A stretch of 63,923 nt of DNA, the filler included, from Octopus bimaculoides (taxonomy: Eukaryota): the NCBI RefSeq assembly GCF_001194135.2. It is 9 parts of 9 records of this genome, joined end to end, with 100 filler letters (N's around TTAATTAATTAA, not from the genome) between each part and the next. Parts side by side here need not be neighbours in the genome. Positions count along the whole stretch, not along the records: positions 10,318 to 29,306 come from NC_069007.1; 8 more parts are not named here. One strand, given 5' to 3'. Below are positions 12,470 to 23,519 of this stretch, in pieces. A program made the translations under genes and the position numbers. Position 1 is the stretch's first letter; every line of letters begins with the position of its first letter. The notes below the pieces were generated by a model. The model did not search any database. It was given only the letters and a program-made list of their open reading frames with translations, and had not been told where the DNA came from.

Positions 12470-13515
12470 ACTTTAGATTTGAAAAAGAGTTCAGCTCATA
12501 AGAAGGGAAGATAACGAAATGGAAGGGAGTTCTAAAGTCTAGCAGATCAAGGGAAAAAGCTACAACCATAGAAAGACTTATTTGTGGAAGCAGAAGAACA
12601 TTTGGATGAAGATGCTCTGACAAGATGGCACAAAGTTATCTGGAACTATGAATGAAGGTTTATCAGAGCGAAAAGAAAGAGGGACGATTGCAGTGAGATG
12701 GAAAAGAGTTCCAAAGTCTGAGAGTTCAAGAAAAAAGCTACAACGATAGAAAGACTTCCTTATTCGTGGAATCACAACAGCATTTGGATGGAGATGCTAT
12801 GAGTTTGAAATCTAGTAAGATGGCACAATATTATCTGGAACTAAAAGAGAAAGTTTATCAGAGCAAAAAGAGGAGAAAAACGATGAGATGGAAAATAGTT
12901 CTAAAGTCTGGCAGTTTGAAGAAAAAAGCTATGACTAGAGAAAGACTTCCTTATTCATAGAATCACAACAGCATTTGGATGAAGATACTATGAGTTTCAA
13001 ATCAAGTAAGATGACACAAAGTGATTTGAAACTAAAGGATAAGGTTTATCAGGGCACCTCCTGTGGTAGTGAAGATAACAAAGTCTAAGACTAGTGGCAT
13101 CACGTCTATAGAAAGAATTCCTTAACAGTGGAAGCACAACAGAAGTTGAATGAAGTTGGGGTGAGTTTTGAGTCTGGCAAGATGTTAGAAAGTGATCGGA
13201 AACTAAGGGAGAAAGCTTATCGAAGCACTTCCGTAAATAATAACAACAGAAAAGTCTAAGACAGATGACATCACATCTGTAAAAAGAATTCCTTATTTGT
13301 GGAAGCACAACGGAAGTTGACTGAAGATGCTGTGACTTTCAAGTCTGACAAGATAGCACAAAGTGTGCTGGAACCAAGAGGGAAACTCCGAAAGAACAAA
13401 AAGCGAAGAAGGGGGGAAACAATGAAATAGAAAAGGGTTCTAAAGTCTGGGAGTTTGAAGGAAAAAGCTAGAAACATAGAAACACTTCTTTATTCATGGA
13501 AACACAACAGCACCA
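12470..13515 (+). repeat. Six-copy 171-197 bp tandem array, apparently a decayed protein-coding repeat
   Basis: Homologous anchors at 12584, 12766, 12957, 13128, 13299 and 13496. Consensus frame reads ~RKTSLFVEAQQHLDEDAMSFKSSKMAQSYLELKEKVYQS, with scattered stops and frameshifts. Confidence 0.85.
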
Positions 13516-13718
13516 GACTGCAGCCATGCTGGAGCACCACTTTGAAAAATTTTAGCCGATCTCAGGACTTATTGATCTTTTTTAAAGTCTGACACTTATT
13601 CTGTTAATCTCATTTTCCAAACCACTAAGTTACAGGGACGTAAACAGACCAACACTGGTTGTCAAGTGATGATGGGGGACAGAAACACAAAAGACACACA
13701 CTGATATATATATATGTG

Positions 13719-13775
<57 letters not shown>

Positions 13776-13784
13776 ATATATATA

Positions 13785-13827
<43 letters not shown>

Positions 13828-13980
13828 GATTGGCTTCTCTCAGTTTCCATATACGAAATCCACTCACAAGCCTTTGGTTGACCCAAGACTATAGTAGAAG
13901 ATACTTGTCCAAAGTGCCATACAGTGGGATTGAACCTGGAAACATGGTTGAGAAGCAAGCTTCTTACCACACAGCCATGT
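13515..13980 (-). mobile_element. tRNA-derived SINE split by an (AT)/(GT) microsatellite; truncates the tandem array
   Basis: Matches the SINE family at 7615 and 16290. Confidence 0.75.
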
Positions 13981-14183
13981 TCTTAATGCTAATGAATCGA
14001 GTATTTTATGAACACATTGTCAATGTAAAAGGGGAAAAGCTGTTCTCCTGTGACAAACACTAAAGTTATTAGCATATTTGCATCATTCATTTCTGCCAGA
14101 ATGTATTAAAAATAAACAGGCAAATGATCGTTCCAGATTTCATTGGATGCAAGGCAAATAATAAATTTATTATTCCAAAACAT

Positions 14184-14392
14184 ATATCACCACCATCATC
14201 ATCATCATCTTTTTTTTCTTCTTCTTCTGCTTTTTCTCTTTCTTCTTCCTTCTCCTTCTTCATCTTCTCCTTCTTTATCTTCCTCCTGCTCTTCCTTCTT
14301 CTTCCTCTCCTTCTTCCTCTCCTTCTCTCCTCCTCCTCCATCTTCTCTTTCTTCCTCTACCTCCTCCTCCTTTTCTTCTTTTTCTTCTTCCA
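14184..14392. repeat. Pyrimidine-rich (TTC/CTC)n low-complexity tract
   Basis: Directly visible; explains the E/K-rich ORFs at 14087 and 14205. Confidence 0.9.
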
Positions 14393-15046
14393 AATTCTTC
14401 ATTTCAACGTTTACTTAAAATGCTGCTTGTTTTTTTAAAAAAGCTCTTTTTCACCCTCACCAATCCCTGGTACACTTTACTATAATGCACCTTCCTAAAA
14501 CTCAGGTGAACAGCCCCTGCCTCCTCCATATCACACCTTTATTATCATTTTCTCTCTCTCTCTGTTCTTTCCATCTGATGTAGCCCTGCTTCTCTTCTAC
14601 TACAAAACACATTTTCTGTCCCTCAATACTACTCCCTCCCATCCAGTTGAGGGGGCCTTGTCCTGCATGTTACTTGGGAACCTCACTAATGTTGGTGCCA
14701 CATAAAATGCAGCAAGTGCAATGTGTAAAGTGGTTGGTGTTAGAAATGGCAGCCAGCCGTAGAAACCATACCAAAGCAGACAGCAGAGCTTGGCACAGTT
14801 TTCTTCCTTACCAGCTCTTGTCAAACCATCCAACCCATGCCAGCACAGAAAAACAGATGCTACACCACCACCACTATGACAACGCCACCACCACCACCAC
14901 CACTGCCGACACTGACAACAAGTTTCATCCTTTTGATACCAACATCCCTAAGACTGCATTTAGTCCTACAATACAAACTTTATGCTTTAAAGAGATTACA
15001 TTTAAAATTACCCATCTTCATGTTAATTTATGTTCCAAACACGAGC

Positions 15047-15834
15047 TTAACTCTTTAGCATTCAGATTACTCTGTCAAATCTAATGTTTATTACTTCACA
15101 TTGTTTTGAGTTAATCCTGCATTATCTCATAGCTTTGAGATTTCAATATATACCTTTTCGTAAAGAATAAAAAGTTTAGAATGGTACAACAATGCACTAT
15201 AAAACAAAAAATGGACTATATTCCTGTTGTAATTTGGTTATCTATAGTCCGATGATATTTCAGAATTACAATTCCTACTTCAGATCTTCTTAGCTGGAGT
15301 CTCTGCTATGAACTTATATATACTTATATAAACTCCAGCTAAGAAGATCTGAAGAAGGAACTGTAATTCCGAGATATCATCGGACTATAGATAACCAAAT
15401 TACAACAGGTATATAGTCCATTTTTTGTTTTATAGTGCATTGTTGTACCATTCTAAACTTTTTATTCTTTACAAACAATACACAATGCTTCAAGTGAACT
15501 ACAATACTCTCCTGTATACCTTTTCATTATAAGGTAGTTGTGAGAGGCTGGATCTGGCTAGTTTCATCATTAAACAGGTAGAATATTTAGACCTGTTATG
15601 GCTGATTTAACTCTTTAGCATTCAGATTTCTCAGTCAAATGTAATGTTTATCTATTCACATTGTTTTGAATTAATCATGCATTTTCTTGTAGCTTTGAGA
15701 TTTCAATGATGTAATTGTATATTCTTAGAATGACATTGTAGTGTAGGTGTGAAAAGCCAGATCTGGCCAGTTGGAACATAAAACAGGTTTAGAGTTTGGT
15801 CTGGATATGGTTAGTTCAATTACTAAAGAGTTAA
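15047..15834. mobile_element. Two tandem piggyBac-like MITEs (TTAA-CCCTTTAGCATT-type ends); the first is interrupted by a palindromic insertion
   Basis: ttaactctttagcattcagatt starts at 15047 and 15607; the end aaagagttaa is at 15834; same family at 51989-52216. Confidence 0.7.
15160..15514. mobile_element. Fold-back insertion: ~140-bp inverted arms plus a 42-bp tail, flanked by an 11-bp direct repeat; hammerhead-like core in both arms
   Basis: 15160-15300 is the near-perfect reverse complement of 15332-15472. tataccttttc occurs at 15149-15159 and 15515-15525. The right arm has CTGAAGA-AGGAACTGTAATTCC-GAGA; the reverse complement of the left arm has CTGAAGT-AGGAATTGTAATTCT-GAAA. Confidence 0.8.
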
Positions 15835-16085
15835 TAAAGACCTATTTTACTAAATTATATTTAACGTGTTTTTGACATTAGACTATGGCCATGCTGGGGC
15901 ATAGCTTTGAAGAATTTTAGTCAAAAATGAATCACCCCTAGTACCCAGCCTGGTATTTTATCCATTGGTCTTTTTACTGAACCACTAAGTTACAGGGGCA
16001 GAAACACATAAACACCAGATTTGTGTGGTTGTGAGGGTTAGACACAGACAAAAACACCCTCACACACACACACGTGTATATATAC

Positions 16086-16181
<96 letters not shown>

Positions 16182-17561
16182 CCCCTCACTCACATTTCCT
16201 TGCCTTCTCTTCTTGCTCACTTTCCCTCCACTTTTCACTTCACTGTGTCCCTGTCACACACACACATACATACATACATAGATATATATATGATGGGCTT
16301 TATCAGTTCCTGTCTAGCAAATCTATTCACAAGGCTTTGCTGAGCCCAAGGCTATGGTAGAAACACTTGCCCAAGGTGCCATGCTGCAGGATTGAAACCA
16401 GTACCCTGAGGTTGGAAGGCAAGCTTCTTACCATACAGCCATGCCTCTTATTCTATATTATTTTCAGAGTCAATAAAAAGTAAGTAAGTGTATGTTGTCA
16501 GAAATATGGTAAAAAAAAAATGGTTTACTGAATAAAGATTTGGCTGATATTTCTAACTAATCAAACAGCCACATGTGATCAAAGAACCGACATTTCAAGA
16601 ACAGAATATTTCATCTTCTTCAAAGATGCATAAAAAAAGTTAAGAAACAAAAAATAATTGAAACGTAATTCCGATTCTTATGAAACTCTATAACTTCCAA
16701 AATATATGTATTCTTCAAAATTCCTCATTTTTGAGCATCACAAATTCCAATGTTAATTACCACAATGATAACGAGTAACCATTGGTTACCTGGGTCCTGC
16801 TGTTTGCTTGGATCGCTTCCATTAACAATAACTCCAGAATTCCATTCCAATATTTCTTGTTTTTATTTCTTGCCAATATTGAACATCGGTTCTTAGTTGT
16901 ATTTTTTTTTTGTTTGTTGTTAATTGTTTTAATTTTTTTTTTTTTTGCATTTTTGTTTTTTTTTTCCTTTTCTATTCTTGTTTTTTCCCTTTGCTTTAAA
17001 ATCTATATAACACGCATATTCCATATGCGTGTGAAATATTCATCCAAATGAAAAAAGAAGTGTGTGTTGGTGAATGTGTGCGTATATGTATGTGTATATG
17101 TGTGTGTTTGTGAGTGTTCATATATGCATGNNNNNNNNNNNNNNNNNNNNNNNNNNNNNNNNNNNNNNNNNNNNNNNNNNNNNNNNNNNNNNNNNNNNNN
17201 NNNNNNNNNNNNNNNNNNNNNNNNNNNNNNNNNNNNNNNNNNNNNNNNNNNNNNNNNNNNNNNNNNNNNNNNNNNNNNNNNNNNNNNNNNNNNNNNNNNN
17301 NNNNNNNNNNNNNNNNNNNNNNNNNNNNNNNNNNNNNNNNNNNNNNNNNNNNNNNNNNNNNNNNNNNNNNNNNNNNNNNNNNNNNNNNNNNNNNNNNNNN
17401 NNNNNNNNNNNNNNNNNNNNNNNNNNNNNNNNNNNNNNNNNNNNNNNNNNNNNNNNNNNNNNNNNNNNNNNNNNNNNNNNNNNNNNNNNNNNNNNNNNNN
17501 NNNNNNNNNNNNNNNNNNNNNNNNNNNNNNNNNNNNNNNNNNNNNNNNNNNNNNNNNNNNN

Positions 17562-17606
<45 letters not shown>

Positions 17607-18200
17607 TCACACACACACATACATACATCTATAAATAAATATACATATGTTTGTGTGTATATACATATATATATATATATATGTATATCCACATAGACAC
17701 ATCAATAAGTGTGTATCTCTATATACCTGTTTACATACACATGTGTGTATATATATACACACACACAAACAAGCACACAAGCACAAATACACACACACAG
17801 AAGCATACAAACACACACACACATACACATATGCAGCTACATGTGTTGTGTATAGCATGTTTCATTATTCATTAAGAAGTATAGGCCTTAGAAAGGTGCT
17901 TACTAGAATGGGAGGGAAATTCAATAACTTCCATTAGAAAACTTCTACAATATACTTTCTTTAAAAAGTAAAAAAAAATAATAAATTGGTAAAAGTTAAG
18001 TAAAAAGAACATTTCCCAGAAATGCTAAATTTTTTCCATATTCCTCACATTAATGTTCCCTGGTGTGAACTGAAAAATGTTCGATCTTTTATAAAAATTT
18101 CTCAATCATACACTCTCTCTTATATACAGATGTACCTCTATGTACATATGGACATACATGCATATTATATACACATATATATATATATATATATATGAAT

Positions 18201-18232
<32 letters not shown>

Positions 18233-19042
18233 ATATATATACATGTATATATATATAGATATGTATGTATATATGTATATGCATACACATACATAATATA
18301 TACATATATATATATATATATGCATACACATACATATATACATANNNNNNNNNNNNNNNNNNNNNNNNNNNNNNNNNNNNNNNNNNNNNNNNNNNNNNNN
18401 NNNNNNNNNNNNNNNNNNNNNNNNNNNNNNNNNNNNNNNNNNNNNNNNNNNNNNNNNNNNNNNNNNNNNNNNNNNNNNNNNNNNNNNNNNNNNNNNNNNN
18501 NNNNNNNNNNNNNNNNNNNNNNNNNNNNNNNNNNNNNNNNNNNNNNNNNNNNNNNNNNNNNNNNNNNNNNNNNNNNNNNNNNNNNNNNNNNNNNNNNNNN
18601 NNNNNNNNNNNNNNNNNNNNNNNNNNNNNNNNNNNNNNNNNNNNNNNNNNNNNNNNNNNNNNNNNNNNNNNNNNNNNNNNNNNNNNNNNNNNNNNNNNNN
18701 NNNNNNNNNNNNNNNNNNNNNNNNNNNNNNNNNNNNNNNNNNNNNNNNNNNNNNNNNNNNNNNNNNNNNNNNNNNNNNNNNNNNNNNNNNNNNNNNNNNN
18801 NNNNNNNNNNNNNNNNNNNNNNNNNNNNNNNNNNNNNNNNNNNNNNNNNNNNNNNNNNNNNNNNNNNNNNNNNNNNNNNNNNNNNNNNNNNNNNNNNNNN
18901 NNNNNNNNNNNNNNNNNNNNNNNNNNNNNNNNNNNNNNNNNNNNNNNNNNNNNNNNNNNNNNNNNNNNNNNNNNNNNNNNNNNNNNNNNNNNNNNNNNNN
19001 NNNNNNNNNNNNNNNNNNNNNNNNNNNNNNNNNNNNNNNNNN

Positions 19043-19087
<45 letters not shown>

Positions 19088-19092
19088 AAAAA

Positions 19093-19129
<37 letters not shown>

Positions 19130-19284
19130 GATATATATATATATATATATAAAGATATATATATATATATATATATAGATATATATATATGTGTGTGTGT
19201 ATGTATATATATATATATATACATAATCATAGACACGCACACACTCACATATATATACATATATATATACAAACATAATCATAG

Positions 19285-19337
<53 letters not shown>

Positions 19338-19529
19338 GTGGCCATTGCCAGTACTGCCGGACTGGCCNNNNNNNNNNGAGGTGGCCATTGCCAGTACTGC
19401 CGGACTGGCCTTCATGCCAGTGGCACATAAATGCACCCACTACACTCTCAGAGTGGTTGGCGTTAAGTAGGGTCACTTGGGCACCAACTGTGAGAAAAAG
19501 AGCATCATGACACAATTCACTTTGTCAGA

Positions 19530-20223
19530 AATTTGAAAATATTTTGTACTGCTTGGCATTCATGCCAGAAGCTCCAATATAAACATTTCAGAGTGTTTGG
19601 ATGTCAGTCTGAGGACATACTGAGAATGATAAAAATCAAACATTCAGTCAACATCCTGGTGTTTAGAGTGATCACTAGTGATGGTGACGTTATGCCTCTA
19701 CATGGCCTCAAACTCAACAAAGAAGCTTACATCAAGTGCCTTGAGGAGTTAGGGCTGCCCTGGGCTACTGGAAGACCCTCTGTCTGGCAACAGGACTCTG
19801 CACCATGTCACACAAGCAGAAGAACCCAGTCACAGCAGTCAGACAATTTCTGTGACCACATCACCCCTAACATCAGGCCACCTAACTCCACAGACTGCAA
19901 CATCTTTCATTATTGGATGTAAGGCACAATTGAGCAAGGGACCAACGAAGTTCCTTGTACTACCAAAGGTGAACTGAAAGCAAGGATTATGGCAGCATTG
20001 ACCAACTTAAACAAGGAGACCTTCCAGAAGAGTTGCAGGAGATTCCGAAGTCGTCTGGAGGTCATGATTGAAGCCAATGGCGATTTTATTGAATAAATTT
20101 ACTCTTTAATATTTCAAAATATTTTTATGTAATTTTGGAAAATATATCTGTTAAAATGAGATATCAGTGTTATATTTTCCTTTTACTGTAATATAGATGA
20201 CAGTTTATTCACCACACCCTGTA
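19530..20223 (+). mobile_element. Tc1/mariner DD37D (maT-type) transposase 3' remnant with right TIR
   Basis: WQQDSAPCHTSRRTQ...RPPNSTDCNIF: 37 residues from D to the third catalytic position, which is mutated to H. C-terminus RFRSRLEVMIEANGDFIE. TIR ...caccctgta at ~20223. Confidence 0.8.
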
Positions 20224-20279
20224 TGTATATATATATATGCACACAACACGTTGCATTATACCATTTATTTAAATCATCT

Positions 20280-20835
20280 CTTTCATCAATTTCTTGCCAA
20301 CACCAAACTTCGTAAACTCCACTCACTCCTCCATTCCATTACACCCGATGCTACTACCCCAACTCCTCCACTACCCTTCTCCCTCCCTGATACACTCTCC
20401 CCTGTCCCTCCAAACCCCCCTCACACATGCGCCCCTTCTCCACCCTCCCAACTCGTGCTGATATCCACAACTTTGTGCACCGTGTTAGGTTGTGTGCGCT
20501 TTTCCGAGACACTCTACCCACATCTAACGAGGAGGACTGCTTCACCGACCTGGGCCGCCAATCATTCCAGTGGACGCCTGCTGCTGGCCAGTTCCAAGCA
20601 GTTGATCTTTTTTGTGGGCGCCTGTCAGTGCGCTGTGGACCAGTTTAACTTTTCCAGGCGTCCCTCTCAACATCTCCCCAGCCGAACTCTCGGCTCTTCG
20701 ATCTCTCCGACGCCGCACTGACATCATTATAAAACCGGCCGACAAGGGTGGAGCCATGGTGGTATGGCGTGTGGACCTCTACAAAGCCGAAGCTCTCCGC
20801 CAACTTCAAGATAGCTCCTTCTACTGCCCTCTGCC
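20280..20835 (+). mobile_element. Penelope-like element ORF fragment (pre-RT region)
   Basis: ADIHNFVHRVRLCALF...WTP; NISPAELSALRSLRRRTDIIIKPADKGGAMVVW...EALRQLQDSSFY. IIKPADKG is a typical PLE motif. Confidence 0.8.
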
Positions 20836-20839
20836 CTCT

Positions 20840-22020
20840 GACAAAATTATCAGTGCAATAGTTGACCAAATAAAGGCACGATATTCATCCATAGAAGAGT
20901 TTAAATTCATGGAACTTTTGAATTTCAACAAAGTTAATGAGTATTGAAAACAATTTCCTGTGGACTCTCTAGATTCTTTAAAAATTACTTATAACCCCGA
21001 ACCGATAATTCATGGAGGCCTAAAAAAATAACAACATCGATCAATCGTTGCAGAATGGATCTGTTTCGTCTAACTTTCTCATTATGATGTTGTATGCTTT
21101 GATTTTTACATGCATCTAATTGTCAGTCTATGTGAACATTCCCGAATATTTTAAGATCTATCAAAGATTTTATATGCCTTTGAGAACGCTCGTACTTTAG
21201 CATAGCCATATGTAAATTATTTAAATCATCATAGCCTTTGTCATTCTAAACATTCTTTTCTAAGCAAAAAAGTAATCAAGGCCAACAGAATAATTTAAGT
21301 GTAGCACTTTCAGTTAACCATTTTTTCTTTTCATACAAATTAACCTGAAATTGTCTCGTTAGGTAAATTAGGTAAATTCGGTGTTGGTCTCCCACCGTTT
21401 ATAATTAATTGTTTTCCATCGAAGTCTCTTTTCGAAAAACTATTTCTCAAAATATCGTTTATAGCACTCATTTCGAAAAAGGCTACTTTTATATAAGAAC
21501 ATACGTGTAAGCATCTGAGTAAATTGTAAGTCATTTCAACAAAACGGAAAAAATAACGTTAGTCAAATTAATTTAAGATTAATTAGCTACTTCTGAAATA
21601 AGAAATATAACATAGATAATATTTTTTTTTTCAGAACACTCCAAAAATATAATAGTGCATACAGATGCTTTGGATAAAAGTAAAAAAAAAAATTCAAACT
21701 TACCGCCAGGTTATTCCGACATTTTAGCTGGCTGACTCAGGAATTATGGGATTGCACCTGTTCAGGTCAGAAAGTGGAACGAGGTTAGCTACAATTCTAC
21801 ACAAACAAAGAGACAGAGAGGGGGTGTCTGTCACGTGCGTCTTCTCAAAGTAGACGTTCGAGTCACTGAGAGAGGGGAAGGGGAGGAAGAATATTTCGAA
21901 AACACCTGGATGGATTTTCTTTGAAAAAAAATAAATATTTTATCTAATTTTCCGATGATATGGATAAAAAAATCAGTGCATGCGGCGCATACTTTGCATG
22001 CCTGAGAGTGCACACCCCTG
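20840..22020 (-). mobile_element. Rearranged hAT (ZMYM1/DUF4371-like) transposon remnant
   Basis: 5' TIR caggggtgtgcac ends at 22020. ATG at 21471 starts MSAINDILRNSFSKRDFDGKQLIINGGRPTPNLPNL. Minus strand 21000-21200 reads HNEKVRRNRSILQRLIDVVIFLGLHELSVRG. A C-terminal piece (IVDQIKARYSSIEEFKFMELLN...QFPVDSL) lies on the + strand at 20840-20990. Confidence 0.7.
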
Positions 22021-22103
22021 ATATATGTATATATATATAGACATACATACATTTATACATATATGTGTGTGTGTGTGTCTGTGTCAGTATGTGTGTGTAT
22101 ACA

Positions 22104-22194
22104 CACGAGGGGGTGTATGAAAAGTTTTGAGCCTTGAAGTCTTGTACCATGTTTTGTTTTCTTGAGGCTCAAGACTTTTCATACACCCCTCGTA
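22104..22194. mobile_element. Very short mariner-type MITE (~91 bp, ~35-bp TIRs)
   Basis: acgagggggtgtatgaaaagttttgagcct ... aggctcaagacttttcatacacccctcgta; the acgagggg terminus is mariner-like. Confidence 0.75.
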
Positions 22195-22329
22195 TGTTAG
22201 TTATTATGCAGTGCATAACACATAAAATGATGGTGTTGTGTATGCAGGTTGAAGACTATTGTATATTTACAAGATCTGCCAAATGTAAGCTTTCTTTTCA
22301 GATGCATGATGCTGCTGTCCCTCATCCCA

Positions 22330-23410
22330 TGGTCTCGTGGGCACACACCTCCCACACCCTCTGAGCTGGCACATTGAAAGGTTGGTCTGGTGAAATTGTT
22401 GAAATGCTTGAATGGAGACGTGTAGCTTTGTGCTGCACCCAAGAAGTAAGGTGGAGAGGCAAAGAACATAGGTATAAGATTTTCTGAGTAGGGAACACTG
22501 ATGGGGTTGGGGTGTGGGTATACTTCTTGTGGAGAAATGGATTGATAAAGTAATCATAATAGTTAGAGTTTGTGGTAGAATACTTAGGATTAGATTAGTG
22601 CTACAACATGGATTAGAAACCATTATCTCGGCTTATGCCCCTCGGCCAGGGCTACCTGATGAACAGAAAGACCGATTTTATGACAGACTACCTCGTTGAC
22701 GAATGACAGGGACCTTCTCTTTGTTTGTGGCTGGTGACTTCAATGGGCATGTTGGACAACATCCTGGGAGCTTCCATGGTGTACGTGGTGGCTATGGATT
22801 TGGTTCCCACAATGAGGAGGGAACCAGGCTGCTGGAATTCTGTGATACAAATGATCTTATGATCTGTAATACTAACTTCAGGAAATCTACCAGTTACCCG
22901 TTCACTTATCAGTCTGGAGGACATACTAGTCAGATTGACCACATTCCCACCAGGAAATGGGAAAGATGGCTACTTATAAATGCCAAAACCTTCACAGGGG
23001 AAGAATGCACCCCACAGACATAGGTTAGTAGTTAGTGACTTCAGGATCAGGGCTAAATAGCTGCCCAGAAGACGACCAGCAAGGAAAAGAAGGGTCTGGA
23101 AGCTTAAGGATCCTGTGAATGGACAAAAATTTAGAGACATATTACTCAAAGCTCATGACGAAAAAGAAGAGGATACAAGATCACATAATGTGGAAGACAA
23201 CTGGAGGTTCTATGGGACAACCTGTTGAGGGCTACTGACCAGATCTGTAGATGGTGCAAAGCCCCCTCTCAACCTAAAGTAATGTGGTGGTGGAACAATG
23301 TAGTTGACATTATGGAAAAGAAACAGGCATGAAAGGACTGGAAGAATGGTGGTAGCAGGGAACTGTATCAGATCACCAGAAGGGAAGCTAAGAGACAAGT
23401 TTATCTAGTT
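22330..23410 (+). mobile_element. RTE-clade LINE, APE endonuclease region, degenerate
   Basis: GVGILLVEKWIDKV...IISAYAP...KDRFYD; FVAGDFNGHVG...NEEGTRLLEFCD...NTNF...SQIDHI. Stops and frameshifts present. Confidence 0.9.
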
Positions 23411-23519
23411 AGATATCTTGTGTAATTTGAACTCAGAACATAACGAGAGATGAAATTCTACTAAGTATTTTGCCTGGCATGCTAACAATTATGCCAGCTC
23501 ACCACCTTAATAATATTAA

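Noticed and set aside
12470-13515. Tandem array considered as CRISPR-like
   Set aside because: Eukaryotic context; whole units are homologous, with no conserved repeat and unique spacer alternation.
19335-19410. 33-bp direct repeat gaggtggccattgccagtactgccggactggcc on both sides of a 10-N gap
   Set aside because: Unmerged contig overlap artefact.
21344-21514. Minus-strand exon-like ORF (CLHVCSYIKV...GGRPTPNLPNL) with AG/GT ends, first considered as an AMN or RRM exon
   Set aside because: From ATG 21471 it matches the N-terminus of ZMYM1-like hAT transposases (FS.R.F..K..II..GRPTP.L). It lies between a hAT TIR and further hAT coding sequence.
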